Assembly (NCBI GenBank): GCA_964384165.1 | Contig: CAYLKB010000001.1 | Span: 2,030 to 47,884, forward strand | Length of the DNA stretch: 45,855 nt | Origin: an uncultured Methanosarcinales archaeon | Lineage (GTDB): Archaea; Nanobdellota; Nanobdellia; Woesearchaeales; UBA583 | Direction: 5' to 3' | Shown: positions 18,293 to 28,406 of the stretch, piece by piece | Layout of the letters: the number at the start of each line of letters is the position of its first letter | Position numbering within the stretch: the stretch's first letter is position 1 | The notes under the pieces: generated by a model | What the model was told of the DNA's origin: nothing | The model's database searches: none | What the model saw: only the letters and a program-made list of their open reading frames with translations | Position numbers and translations under genes: made by a program

Positions 18293-19931
18293 AAAAAAAA
18301 TAAAATATAAGGGAGGGTTAGAATTAAATTGGATAAATAAACATCAATCTGTCTATTACGAATATGATGAAAATGGTAATCCTGGAGAGCCAATATGGGT
18401 TGATAAAAATGATATTAGAGTTTCAGAACCAAGAATATTAAAACATATAGAGGACTTTGGAGATACTTCAAATTTAAAGGAACCATTAGATAATGCTTTA
18501 ATAAAAGGAGATAACTTATTAGGATTAAGAACTCTTGTAGAAGAATTCAAAAATAGACCTGAAAAAAATAAAGTAAAATGTGTTTACATAGACCCACCAT
18601 ATAATACAGGTAATGATGATTTTATATACGATGATAATTTAAAACATTCTGAATGGTTAACAATGATGAGAGATAGGTTATTGTTAATTAAAAAATTAAT
18701 GAGAAATGATGGAGTTATATTTATTTCAATTGATGATAATGAAAATCATAGGTTGAGGCTTTTATGTGATGAGATTTTTGGTCCTGAAAATTTTATTGCT
18801 AATATTGTATGGAAAAAAAGAAGTGGTGGTGGGTATACTAATGCTTTACTATCTACAAATCACGAATATGTGTTGGTTTATGCAAAAAATAGAATTAATG
18901 TAGTTTTTAATGATAAAGAAAAAAATATTAATGAACTTAAAAAAAAATATAATTGTGAAGATGAAAAAGGAATTTATAAAAGAAGAGATTTAAGAAAATC
19001 AGGTTCAGCAGATTTAAGAGTTGACAGACCAACAATGTTTTATGAGATTAATGCTCCAGATGATTCAATTATTATTCCTATTCGTCCAAAAGATAAAAAA
19101 GAAGGAAGGTGGTGTGTTGGTAAAAATAAATTTTATGAATTAAAAGATAACAATGATATTGAATTTGTAAAAATAAAAGGACATTGGAAAGTTTATTTAA
19201 AAGAAAGACCATATAAAGAAGAGGGAGTAATGAAGAAAGAAAAATATGAAACTATTTGGGATAATGTAGCATTAAATACACAAGCAAGAAATGAAATTAA
19301 AAATATTTTCCCAGAAAAAGAAAATCCCTTTGATTATCCTAAACCAATAAAATTAATAAAATTTATTTTAAATATTGCAACTAATGAGGGAGATTTAATA
19401 TTAGATTCTTTTGCAGGTTCAGGTTCAACAGGTCAGAGTATATTCGAAATGAATGAAATCACAAAAATACATAGAAAATTTATATTAATTGAATTACAGT
19501 CTAAAATTGCAGAAGAAATTACCAAAGAAAGATTGAATAGGTATATTTTAAATAAAAAGAATGGGTTTGGTTTTAGGTATTATCAACTTGGAGAATCATT
19601 AATTAAAGATAATGATATGAATTGGGATTTAACTTATGAAGAAATAGCAAAAGCATTGTTTTTTACATTTGATTTTTCCTTTGATAATAAAATAAACGAA
19701 AATACTTATTATGGACATAATGAAAAAGCAACTGCTTTATGTATTGTATCTAAAAAATTAAACATATTAAATAAAAACCAAATCGAAGAATTTATTTCAA
19801 AAATAAAAAATAAAAGAGAAAAGTTAGTTATCTATACAAATAATGGTATAGCAATTAAATCAAATGATTTAGATGATTCAATTGTAATTAAAAAAATACC
19901 TGAATCAATATTGAGGAAATATAAATTATAA
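18285..19931 (+). CDS. mod: Type III R-M Mod subunit (beta-class N6-adenine/N4-cytosine DNA methyltransferase)
   Basis: 548 aa. Motif IV VYIDPPYNTGND precedes motif I DSFAGSGSTGQ (beta permutation). The ATG overlaps the helicase stop (ATGGTTGA). Confidence 0.85.
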   Translation: MVEKKIKYKGGLELNWINKHQSVYYEYDENGNPGEPIWVDKNDIRVSEPRILKHIEDFGDTSNLKEPLDNALIKGDNLLGLRTLVEEFKNRPEKNKVKCVYIDPPYNTGNDDFIYDDNLKHSEWLTMMRDRLLLIKKLMRNDGVIFISIDDNENHRLRLLCDEIFGPENFIANIVWKKRSGGGYTNALLSTNHEYVLVYAKNRINVVFNDKEKNINELKKKYNCEDEKGIYKRRDLRKSGSADLRVDRPTMFYEINAPDDSIIIPIRPKDKKEGRWCVGKNKFYELKDNNDIEFVKIKGHWKVYLKERPYKEEGVMKKEKYETIWDNVALNTQARNEIKNIFPEKENPFDYPKPIKLIKFILNIATNEGDLILDSFAGSGSTGQSIFEMNEITKIHRKFILIELQSKIAEEITKERLNRYILNKKNGFGFRYYQLGESLIKDNDMNWDLTYEEIAKALFFTFDFSFDNKINENTYYGHNEKATALCIVSKKLNILNKNQIEEFISKIKNKREKLVIYTNNGIAIKSNDLDDSIVIKKIPESILRKYKL

Positions 19932-19933
19932 AA

Positions 19934-22624
19934 ATGGAATATTACAAAGAGTTAATTAAAGATGAGCAGTATAAAAAAGCATTGGAAAATATTGATGAAG
20001 AATTAATAAAAGATTTACAAGAAGGTATTAATTCAAAATATTCATTTAGAGAATATCAAAAAAAAGCACTTAATGTATTTCATTTTTTTAATAAAATCTC
20101 AAAAGATTATACTTTCAAATATAAATTATATGATGAAAAATATGACAATATTCCCTTTTATGGTTTTGAAATGGCAACAGGAAGTGGAAAAACAATTTTA
20201 CTTGGTTCAAATATATTATATCTAAATAAATATAATAAAATCAAAAACTTTTTAATTATAACTCCTAATAGAACAATATATGAAAAAACAATTAAAAATT
20301 TTGATTTAAATGATATTCATTGTATTTTTTCTAATAACTTGCCCTTTAAATTTAATTTAGTAACAGGAGATAATTATCAAGATAAAAGTTCTAATTATGA
20401 AGAAGATGCTGATTTTAATATATTTGTATTTAATATTAGTAAATTCTTTGAGAAAAATAGTTCTATAATGAACATTGATAAACCTTGGGAAGCAGGTTAT
20501 TGGAAACACCCTAAAACAAACGAAGTAGTTTCATTTAGAGAATATTTACAATTAATAGATTTAGCAATATTAACAGATGAATCCCATCACTATCAAAATT
20601 TTAAAGTTGGAAATACAAATAAGTCGTCAGGAGATATAATCGTTGACCTACAACCAAAACTTGTAATTGAGTATACAGCAACTGCTTTATCTGATGAGAA
20701 AGAGAGAAGAAATCAAAAAATAGTATTCAAATATTCTATCGAAGATTATATTAATGAAGGTTTTGGGAAAAAAGTTAGAGCTTTAGGTATTGATAGTAAA
20801 TTTCAACAAGGATTGACAGAATATGATGATAATGGAAATAAATTAGATGACAAAGTTGAAATAATTGAACAAGATGAAACTAAATTAGTTAGAGCATTAA
20901 TTGTTCATTTATTGAAAAAGAAAGCATTAAAGGATACTATTAAACCAGTTTTATTAATTAGAGGAAGAAGGATTGAGCATCTTGAAAATATATATAATTA
21001 TTTAAAAGAAGTGTCTTACAATGAAGATTTAATTAAAACAACTTATCAACATATGATTAAAGATAAAGAATTCGAAATAAATAAATTAATTAGTGAAGAA
21101 TTAACTATTGAAGAAATAATTTTAGGTATTGAAGAACTTATTGATAAAACTTTTACAATACATAGTGGAAATAGGGACCAAGTTGAAGTTGCTTCTAAAT
21201 TTAATGATATAGAAAATAATGACCAAGAGGTCGTTATACAATATGATATTGCAACAGAAGGTTGGAATATTGATAATGTTTATACGATTTTAATTTTAAG
21301 TAATACTCCTGGGAGTATCAAAACTTATATTAAACAATTAACTGGAAGAGGATTGAGATTATATAAAGAGAAAAGAGAATTTGATAACAATGAAAATTTA
21401 ATGTTGCAACAAAAGGAATTATTACATATGATTTGTGAGAAAGGTAGTAATTTTAAAAAGTTTATTGATGAAGTAAGACAAGATTTAGGTTTGAGTGTTG
21501 GAAATTTTTCAGGAGATAATGAAGAAAAAGAAATTTTAAATGATATGACTTTATCAATAGAAGACATTAGTAAGAATAAAGATGTAAAAGTTCCAAAAAT
21601 TATAATAAATAATGAGTTAGAAATAAATAATATTGATGATTTTTTAAATAGAATTAGTTATGAAAATTTAAGAATTGAAAATTTTTATGATGAGGTTTCA
21701 AATTCTTCATATAGTGATGGTTTTGAAATATTATTAAATGAACAAATTGAACAAGAAGAAAGAAGTTTTCAAGAAGGAGATGAAACAAAAGAAAAGTCTG
21801 ATTCAAATTATAAAATGGCAACATTTTATTTAACTGAACCTGAAAGAAGTAAAATTATTAAAAATATAATATCAGGTCAAAATGTTTTACCTTCAACAAT
21901 AGAAATTAATGAGAGATTAAGAGAAATAATTCTAAAAATTGAAGAACATAGTTTTTATTATAAAGAAAAAGATGGGTATAATGCAAGAAATGATGCAGTA
22001 AAGAAATTTATAAATACTTTATCAAGATACATAATTAGAAGAGTTGATACTTATTATCAATCTAAATGTGTAATAAATAAATATGAATCTATATTTGAGA
22101 TTTTCCACAAATATAAATTTAAAGTAATAATAGATGAAGAAAATCCAAGAATTATAGATAAACAAACTTCTATAAGTAGATGGTTAAGTTCATTTGGAGC
22201 ACAAAAAAGTAAAATAAAGGATTATTATATTACAAATTATAATAAATCATATTATTTGTATAATAATTTTGAAAGTTCTCACGAATTAAAGGTGGCAACT
22301 ATACTTGATAATATTGAAGAAATTGACTTTTGGATTAATGCTAAAAATCAATATTATATGGATTATGGTTTAGGAAAAAGATTCTATCCAGATTTTTTCA
22401 TAAAATTAAGAAATTCTAATAAAATATATGTTGTTGAAGTAAAAGGTGGTCATTTACAAGAAACTACAAGGTCAAAAGATAAAATTCAAGCATTGAAAGA
22501 AGTTAATTTAATTGAGCCAAATAAATTTGAAGGATTATGGTTAGAAGATAAAACAGTTGATAAAATGTATGAACAAACAATTAATACATTTAATCAGTTT
22601 AAAAATTATAATGATTTAAAGTAA
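19934..22624 (+). CDS. res: Type III R-M Res subunit (SF2 helicase + C-terminal PD-(D/E)XK endonuclease)
   Basis: 896 aa. Walker A MATGSGKT, DEAH-like TDESHHY, C-terminal YPDFFIKL...VVEVKG nuclease motif. Starts 2 nt after the mod stop. Confidence 0.85.
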   Translation: MEYYKELIKDEQYKKALENIDEELIKDLQEGINSKYSFREYQKKALNVFHFFNKISKDYTFKYKLYDEKYDNIPFYGFEMATGSGKTILLGSNILYLNKYNKIKNFLIITPNRTIYEKTIKNFDLNDIHCIFSNNLPFKFNLVTGDNYQDKSSNYEEDADFNIFVFNISKFFEKNSSIMNIDKPWEAGYWKHPKTNEVVSFREYLQLIDLAILTDESHHYQNFKVGNTNKSSGDIIVDLQPKLVIEYTATALSDEKERRNQKIVFKYSIEDYINEGFGKKVRALGIDSKFQQGLTEYDDNGNKLDDKVEIIEQDETKLVRALIVHLLKKKALKDTIKPVLLIRGRRIEHLENIYNYLKEVSYNEDLIKTTYQHMIKDKEFEINKLISEELTIEEIILGIEELIDKTFTIHSGNRDQVEVASKFNDIENNDQEVVIQYDIATEGWNIDNVYTILILSNTPGSIKTYIKQLTGRGLRLYKEKREFDNNENLMLQQKELLHMICEKGSNFKKFIDEVRQDLGLSVGNFSGDNEEKEILNDMTLSIEDISKNKDVKVPKIIINNELEINNIDDFLNRISYENLRIENFYDEVSNSSYSDGFEILLNEQIEQEERSFQEGDETKEKSDSNYKMATFYLTEPERSKIIKNIISGQNVLPSTIEINERLREIILKIEEHSFYYKEKDGYNARNDAVKKFINTLSRYIIRRVDTYYQSKCVINKYESIFEIFHKYKFKVIIDEENPRIIDKQTSISRWLSSFGAQKSKIKDYYITNYNKSYYLYNNFESSHELKVATILDNIEEIDFWINAKNQYYMDYGLGKRFYPDFFIKLRNSNKIYVVEVKGGHLQETTRSKDKIQALKEVNLIEPNKFEGLWLEDKTVDKMYEQTINTFNQFKNYNDLK

Positions 22625-22668
22625 ATTAAATCATAATTCTTATAAACAATTAAAATTTTAATTAAGTT

Positions 22669-24351
22669 ATGAGAAATCAAACTGAAACAATAAGTAAACT
22701 TATTAGATTTATTAATAATGAAGAAGAAGAGGGTGGTCTTTGGTTACCAAAGATACAAAGAAAATTTGTTTGGAGTGAAAAACAAATTGAAACTTTATTT
22801 GATTCAATTATGAGAGAGTATCCAATTAGTTCCCTATTAATTTGGAAAACTAAATCAGAAATTGATACAAGAAAGTTTATTGCTTCTTATAATTCTAAAA
22901 TAAAAATTACTGATTTATATATTGAAAATAATAATAAAATCAAAAATTTAGTTTTAGATGGACAACAAAGATTACAAAGTTTATATATTGCTTTAAAAGG
23001 AAGTTATGAAAACAAAGAATTATATTTTAATATATTAAGTGGGGTTTCCAATGATGTAGATGAATTAAAATATGAATTCAAATTTTTTGATAAAAAAAAT
23101 AAAAAAATAAGTGGAAATTGGATTAAATTCAAAGATATAATCAATTCAAGTAAACAATATGACGATATTGCAGAAGATATAATTGACAATTTTAAGAATA
23201 AAAAATTGGAAAAAGATGAAAAAAAAATTATAAGAAACAATATTGCAAGAATTATTAAGTTATTTAAAACAGATGAAATTATTCCCTTTCAAAAATTAGA
23301 TAGTGTTGAAGATAATAGTATTTACGATGAAAATGATATCGTGGAAGTATTTATTAGAGCAAATTCAGGTGGAACTAAATTAGAAAAATCTGATTTATTA
23401 TTTTCCTTATTAACTGCTAATTGGTCAGAAGCAGAAGAAAATATTGAATTATTACAAGAAGAATTAAATTCAGATGGGTTTAAATTTTCAAGAGATTTTA
23501 TTCTTAAAACTTGTTTAACATTATTAGATACAGGGGCTAAATATGATGTAAAAAAATTTAGAAATAAAGAAAATCTTAAAAAAATTGAAGAACAATGGGA
23601 AGGCATTAGTAATGCAATAAAAGATGTTAAAGATTTTTTAGTTACTGAAACTTATGTTAGAACAGATAAAGCAATGCCAAGTTATTTGCCATTAATACCA
23701 TTAATATATTTCAGGTTTAAATATAGAAATGAATGGGATAAAAGAATAAAAAATCTTGATTTATGGTTACTTAAAGTATTAGTAACTGGTGCATTTAGTG
23801 GAAGTCCTGATGGATTAATAGATAAGATTATTAAGAAAATTAATGAAAATAAAACCTTTATTATTGATGATATTAATGAAATCATCATTAATTCAGGTAG
23901 GAATATAAATATAACAAAAGATTTGATTAAGAATACTTATTATGGATATAAAGATTTGTATTTATTATTTAATTTATGGTATTCTCAACATAAATTCAAT
24001 TTCAAACCATCATTTAAAGGAAATGAATTACAAATTGACCATATTTTTCCTCAATCAAAATTAAAAGAAATTAAAGAATTAAATGAAAAAACTGGCAGAC
24101 ACATTATGAGATATAATGTTGGTGAAAGAGATGAAATTGCAAATTGTATGTTATTAACTCAAAAAGAAAATGGAGCATCAGGTAAAACTGATAAACTTCC
24201 TGAAGTTTGGTTTGATGATAAAGATGATGAATATTTAGAAATGCATTTAATTCCAAAAGATAAAAAATTATGGAAACTAAAAAATTTCGAAGAATTTAAA
24301 GAAGAAAGAACTAAATTATTAATTGAAGAATTTCTAAAACTTTTAAATTAA
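22669..24351 (+). CDS. GmrSD-family Type IV (modification-dependent) restriction enzyme, DUF262 + DUF1524
   Basis: 560 aa. N-terminal ParB-like DUF262 (IQRKFVWSEKQIETLFDSI..YPISSLLIW, DGQQRL) and C-terminal His-Me DUF1524 (LQIDHIFPQS ... N). Confidence 0.85.
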   Translation: MRNQTETISKLIRFINNEEEEGGLWLPKIQRKFVWSEKQIETLFDSIMREYPISSLLIWKTKSEIDTRKFIASYNSKIKITDLYIENNNKIKNLVLDGQQRLQSLYIALKGSYENKELYFNILSGVSNDVDELKYEFKFFDKKNKKISGNWIKFKDIINSSKQYDDIAEDIIDNFKNKKLEKDEKKIIRNNIARIIKLFKTDEIIPFQKLDSVEDNSIYDENDIVEVFIRANSGGTKLEKSDLLFSLLTANWSEAEENIELLQEELNSDGFKFSRDFILKTCLTLLDTGAKYDVKKFRNKENLKKIEEQWEGISNAIKDVKDFLVTETYVRTDKAMPSYLPLIPLIYFRFKYRNEWDKRIKNLDLWLLKVLVTGAFSGSPDGLIDKIIKKINENKTFIIDDINEIIINSGRNINITKDLIKNTYYGYKDLYLLFNLWYSQHKFNFKPSFKGNELQIDHIFPQSKLKEIKELNEKTGRHIMRYNVGERDEIANCMLLTQKENGASGKTDKLPEVWFDDKDDEYLEMHLIPKDKKLWKLKNFEEFKEERTKLLIEEFLKLLN

Positions 24352-25820
24352 ATAACTAATTTTTCCAATTCTTCAACTAATTTTACCATTGCAAGTGTAT
24401 CCATTTGACAATACGACAATAAATGATTTCTTATATTTTCAATTTGTTCATCATCAATATATTTAAATATTGAATAAAAATATTCTAAACTCGCATCTCC
24501 ACCATTACCAATTTCCAATTCAGTATAACTCATATTAGGAACTAATGTAGGTAAGACATACTTAATTGATGTTGAACCACATTGAGCATTGTTATAATAC
24601 CAAAAGTTTCTAAAAATATCCCAAAGGTCTACAAATCTTGGCAAGATTGATTTAATCCAATCCTTATATTCAGGCAAAAACTCTCCAACTTCTTTTGTTA
24701 CACTCTTTTCAAAACCTTGATTATAAACTACAATTGAACCAACATCATCAATATTTTCTTTAAGTTTTTTAATAAATTCAGGTCTTGGGTCTTTGTTTCC
24801 TTCTGCCAAAAATTCAATATGTTCTAATTCTCCATTAGGTTCTCTTTGAATATGTAATGAAAATTGGAAAGGAACTCTTTGATAAGGTTTAAATCCATCA
24901 TACATAGGTATAGCACAATTATAAGTTTCATAGTCTAAAAAATATAAAGGATATTCCAAATTTCCCAAGAAATCTTTAATCATATTCTTTTCAATATGTA
25001 AACAATTGTTTTTAGCACAAGTATATTGGACTGATTGTTTTTCACTTAACTTAAATCTTAATGGAATATCTTTTATCTCCATTACATCAAGTTCATCAAA
25101 TAAAGTCATTGCTTTTGTTTTACCTCTTGTTAAATCAAATACATTGTTCTCTGGAAGAAAATTCCAACACAAACTTGGATTAGGACAATCTTTTGGATTA
25201 TCACAATATTCTCCAAATCTTGCTTTATTATATACATTATAATTAATTAAATCAAGTAAACCTTTAATTTTTCTATCAATACCATCATATACTTCTTTTA
25301 CACCTTCACTAACATCTACTTTAACAAATAACTCATTAATATCAATATTTCCATTTCTTACATATTGATTATTTAAATGAAGAATATTATAACTCTTAAT
25401 CTTTAATCCACAATTTTCATAGATATATTTTTGAAATGCCAAGTCTTCAATATGTTCAGGTTTTATTGATGAACTTGCTTTAACTTCAATCACTTCCCAA
25501 CTATCTTTACCAATAGGAACTAAAATGTCTGGTCTTGTAAAACAATTATTAAACATAAAACCAGCTTCAAAGATTGGAACTCTATTTGACAATACTTTAT
25601 TTGTTTCTTCAATAACTGGTTTGAATTTAATTCCTTTGATTTCAATTCCATTCGAAAAAAGTTGTTTTGCATATTCTCCTACAATATGTCCTTCATCAAT
25701 TCTATGTAATGCTTGGTTATTTAAACCATTAAGTTTTTCAGGTTCATATATTTGTGTCCACAAAGAAAGAGGACAAGTAAGACCAAGTTTATATTTAGAT
25801 TTCGTTAAAATTACATTCAT
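24348..25820 (-). CDS. DUF2779 protein (Cas4-like PD-(D/E)XK N-terminal domain + RNase H-like C-terminal domain)
   Basis: 490 aa. N-terminal LTKSKYKLGLTCPLSLW, nuclease core PDILVP..WEVIEVKAS, central YFLDYETYNCAIPMYDGFKPYQRVPFQFSLH, all characteristic of DUF2779. Its stop overlaps the GmrSD stop. Confidence 0.75.
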   Translation of the reverse strand: MNVILTKSKYKLGLTCPLSLWTQIYEPEKLNGLNNQALHRIDEGHIVGEYAKQLFSNGIEIKGIKFKPVIEETNKVLSNRVPIFEAGFMFNNCFTRPDILVPIGKDSWEVIEVKASSSIKPEHIEDLAFQKYIYENCGLKIKSYNILHLNNQYVRNGNIDINELFVKVDVSEGVKEVYDGIDRKIKGLLDLINYNVYNKARFGEYCDNPKDCPNPSLCWNFLPENNVFDLTRGKTKAMTLFDELDVMEIKDIPLRFKLSEKQSVQYTCAKNNCLHIEKNMIKDFLGNLEYPLYFLDYETYNCAIPMYDGFKPYQRVPFQFSLHIQREPNGELEHIEFLAEGNKDPRPEFIKKLKENIDDVGSIVVYNQGFEKSVTKEVGEFLPEYKDWIKSILPRFVDLWDIFRNFWYYNNAQCGSTSIKYVLPTLVPNMSYTELEIGNGGDASLEYFYSIFKYIDDEQIENIRNHLLSYCQMDTLAMVKLVEELEKLVI

Positions 25821-26178
25821 ACAATATCTTCCAAGAAGTTTATTTATTAATTAATCGTTTTTTATACCAAATTCCTAATGCTATTATAATTAACAATCCC
25901 CAAGAGTTCCAATTTGTCATATAAACAGCATTTATACTTGCTAATATTAGAGTTAGATATTCAATTGTATTAATTATATCTTTATCTTTTGAGTTCATAA
26001 CTAAATTATTATATTGTTTCTTTATATATTTTTTGTGAAAATTGTGTTAAAAAAATGTCATAATCCCAACACAAATTTGTCTTTTACTTACACATATCAA
26101 ATAAAGTTTAACGAGTTTTGAATATTTGGGATAAATTTTAATAACAATCTATTTAAAAAACTAAATTCTAAACCAATT

Positions 26179-26328
26179 ATGGAAAATCTATTATTATGGA
26201 ACCAAGATGGAAAACACTATTGTGAATTCACAATAGATAAATCAATTGTTGATAAATACAATTTAAAAGAAGGAGATGAGATTGATATTATTGAATTTTT
26301 TAAAGAAATAAATGTTCTAACACCTTAA
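26179..26328 (+). CDS. small ORF (49 aa), possible AbrB/SpoVT-like fold
   Basis: Hand-translated MENLLLWNQDGKHYCEFTIDKSIVDKYNLKEGDEIDIIEFFKEINVLTP. The IDKSIVDKYNLKEGDEIDI segment resembles swapped-hairpin antitoxin/regulator motifs. Below the ORF-track cutoff. Confidence 0.3.
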   Translation: MENLLLWNQDGKHYCEFTIDKSIVDKYNLKEGDEIDIIEFFKEINVLTP

Positions 26329-26371
26329 ATTAATGAAAAGATTTATTAAATTCTAAAAATATAATCTTATT

Positions 26372-27289
26372 ATGGTTAATAATTACTACTACATTGAAAG
26401 TTATGAATTGTATTTAGATAAAGAAAATACCAAAAATCAATTAGTAGTTTCACAACATAACAATAAACTTGTTGTAATTAATTCAAATGAAGATAAACAA
26501 AAACTTATTGATACTATAAAGGAAAAGGAAATAATTGATGATAAAGAATTTAAAAAATATTTAGATGAAACATTTCCTTCACTTTCTAAACAAATTAAGA
26601 AAATACCTATTGATAGAAATAGATTAAAAAAATATTTTTCTGAAATTTATTCTTATGAAATTCCAGATAATTTATTTGATGGAGATAATTTAATTACTAT
26701 ATTCAAAAATATTTTATCTTTTATTATTAAAAAGATTGATATTGATTTCTATCTTACTAATATTCGTAATGGAAGATTAAAATATGATAAAGAATATCCA
26801 GTTAAAGAAGTATTACATTTTTACTATAAAATGATTTATTTAAATTTCATATTGGAAGAGTTATATTCTTTATTATCAAGTTCTTTAAGATTTCAACAAA
26901 GTAGTTTTATGAAAGAATACTTATTTGAGGATAGAAAAATATCTAAACAAGAATTAGATTTATTTAGACAATTATTTAATGGAACTGGCAAAGGTATTTT
27001 AAATTTTAAAGATGGAATTATAAAAATTCAAAATGAAATTAAAAATAATAATAGAAGGATTAAAAGAATTGGCAATATATTATTAACAGATGATTATAAA
27101 AATGAAGAAAATAACTTAATTCAAATAACAAATGAAATATCTACTTTTTGTGATGAACACATACAAATAACATATAATCAAAAAAAAGAATTTGATAAAT
27201 TATATTTTGAGAATAAAGGTTTTATTAGTTTAAATAAAGTAGATTTTATATTAAGATGGGGTGTAGAAGCATTTAAATATTTTAAATAA
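26372..27289 (+). CDS. hypothetical protein
   Basis: 305-aa ORF with no recognised motif. Confidence 0.5.
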   Translation: MVNNYYYIESYELYLDKENTKNQLVVSQHNNKLVVINSNEDKQKLIDTIKEKEIIDDKEFKKYLDETFPSLSKQIKKIPIDRNRLKKYFSEIYSYEIPDNLFDGDNLITIFKNILSFIIKKIDIDFYLTNIRNGRLKYDKEYPVKEVLHFYYKMIYLNFILEELYSLLSSSLRFQQSSFMKEYLFEDRKISKQELDLFRQLFNGTGKGILNFKDGIIKIQNEIKNNNRRIKRIGNILLTDDYKNEENNLIQITNEISTFCDEHIQITYNQKKEFDKLYFENKGFISLNKVDFILRWGVEAFKYFK

Positions 27290-27526
27290 TTATACTATTC
27301 AACTGATTTTGTTAGTTTTTCATCATATTTTCTATCAATAGAGTTATCTTTTAACTCTTTCAACTCTTTTTTCAATTTTTTATCAAATATTTCATTTATT
27401 TTTGAAAAGTCATTCAATGTTTTTTCTGGGTCCATAATAATTAATTAATCTCTAAATTTATAAAACTTATTATAAAATTACATTTCAGCAGAATTTATAA
27501 ACTATTATGTCTTGCCTTCTGCCACT

Positions 27527-27880
27527 ATGGTATTAGAAAAACCAATATACACATATTCAAGTCAAGATGCAGAAAATGATGGCATCTTTTTAGACATAAG
27601 AAAATTAAATGATAAATGGCAAGATGGTTTGTTTAGTTTTATTACAACAAACTTACTTGAAAAACATCAATATATTATTGATGATGAAATAAATTTAGTT
27701 AATGTTAGTGAATTACTATCACAATGTTTTCTAATTGTTAAGAAAAAAAGTAATAACTTTAAAGATTTTGACCATTTCTTTTCAGGATATGTTGAAAATC
27801 CAAATGGTGAGAAAGTTAAAGTTTTTATTTGTCAAAACGAATTAAGTAAATTTACAATAATGTTACCAGAAGATTATTGA
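27527..27880 (+). CDS. hypothetical protein, DUF6573-like N-terminus
   Basis: The ATG at 27527 is preferred over the TTG at 27512. IYTYSSQDAENDGIFLDI resembles the ..Y.R.qAi.DG.L.Dv.. start of a plasmid-associated family of unknown function. Confidence 0.45.
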   Translation: MVLEKPIYTYSSQDAENDGIFLDIRKLNDKWQDGLFSFITTNLLEKHQYIIDDEINLVNVSELLSQCFLIVKKKSNNFKDFDHFFSGYVENPNGEKVKVFICQNELSKFTIMLPEDY

Positions 27881-28056
27881 GAAATATATTTATTCAATTC
27901 TTTTTCCCCAAGTTCATCACAAACATCTAAATCTATCATAATATAATTAACTTCATAGAAAGAAATATTTAATTTCTTTTCAATTTCTTTCAAAGCATTA
28001 ATAACTTCAACTCTTTTTTTATGTTCTTCAATTACTTCATAAGCACCAAATATCAT
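27874..28056 (-). CDS. hypothetical small protein
   Basis: 60-aa ORF, convergent with the upstream gene. No motif. Confidence 0.3.
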   Translation of the reverse strand: MIFGAYEVIEEHKKRVEVINALKEIEKKLNISFYEVNYIMIDLDVCDELGEKELNKYISQ

Positions 28057-28148
28057 ATAATTATAAAAAACGATTGTTTTAAAAATTTTAATTTATAAAA
28101 TTAAACTATGATTTAATAAACTAAACTATAATAAAATTCTATTTTTTG

Positions 28149-28406
28149 TCAATTTTGTGACAACATTTTGTGAATTTCTTTACCTTTTTTAGTTAATTCA
28201 TAAAATTTTAAATGATAATCATCAGGATTTTTACACTCTACTAAACCTTTTTCTTGTAATTTTTTTAATGTATTACTAACATTAGCAAGATTTAATTTTA
28301 ATTCATTTTTTAGTTCTGTAATAGTTTTTGTTTTGTCATTTAATGCTAAAACAATACTTTTTCTACGACTTCCTTGTAGAACAAAACTATAATCTGAATA
28401 GTCCAT
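28149..28406 (-). CDS. ArsR-like winged-helix transcriptional regulator
   Basis: RRKSIVLALNDKTKTITELKNELKLNLANVSNTLKKLQEKGLVEC...FYELTKKG. The ATG at 28406 is preferred over the TTG at 28430. Confidence 0.65.
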   Translation of the reverse strand: MDYSDYSFVLQGSRRKSIVLALNDKTKTITELKNELKLNLANVSNTLKKLQEKGLVECKNPDDYHLKFYELTKKGKEIHKMLSQN

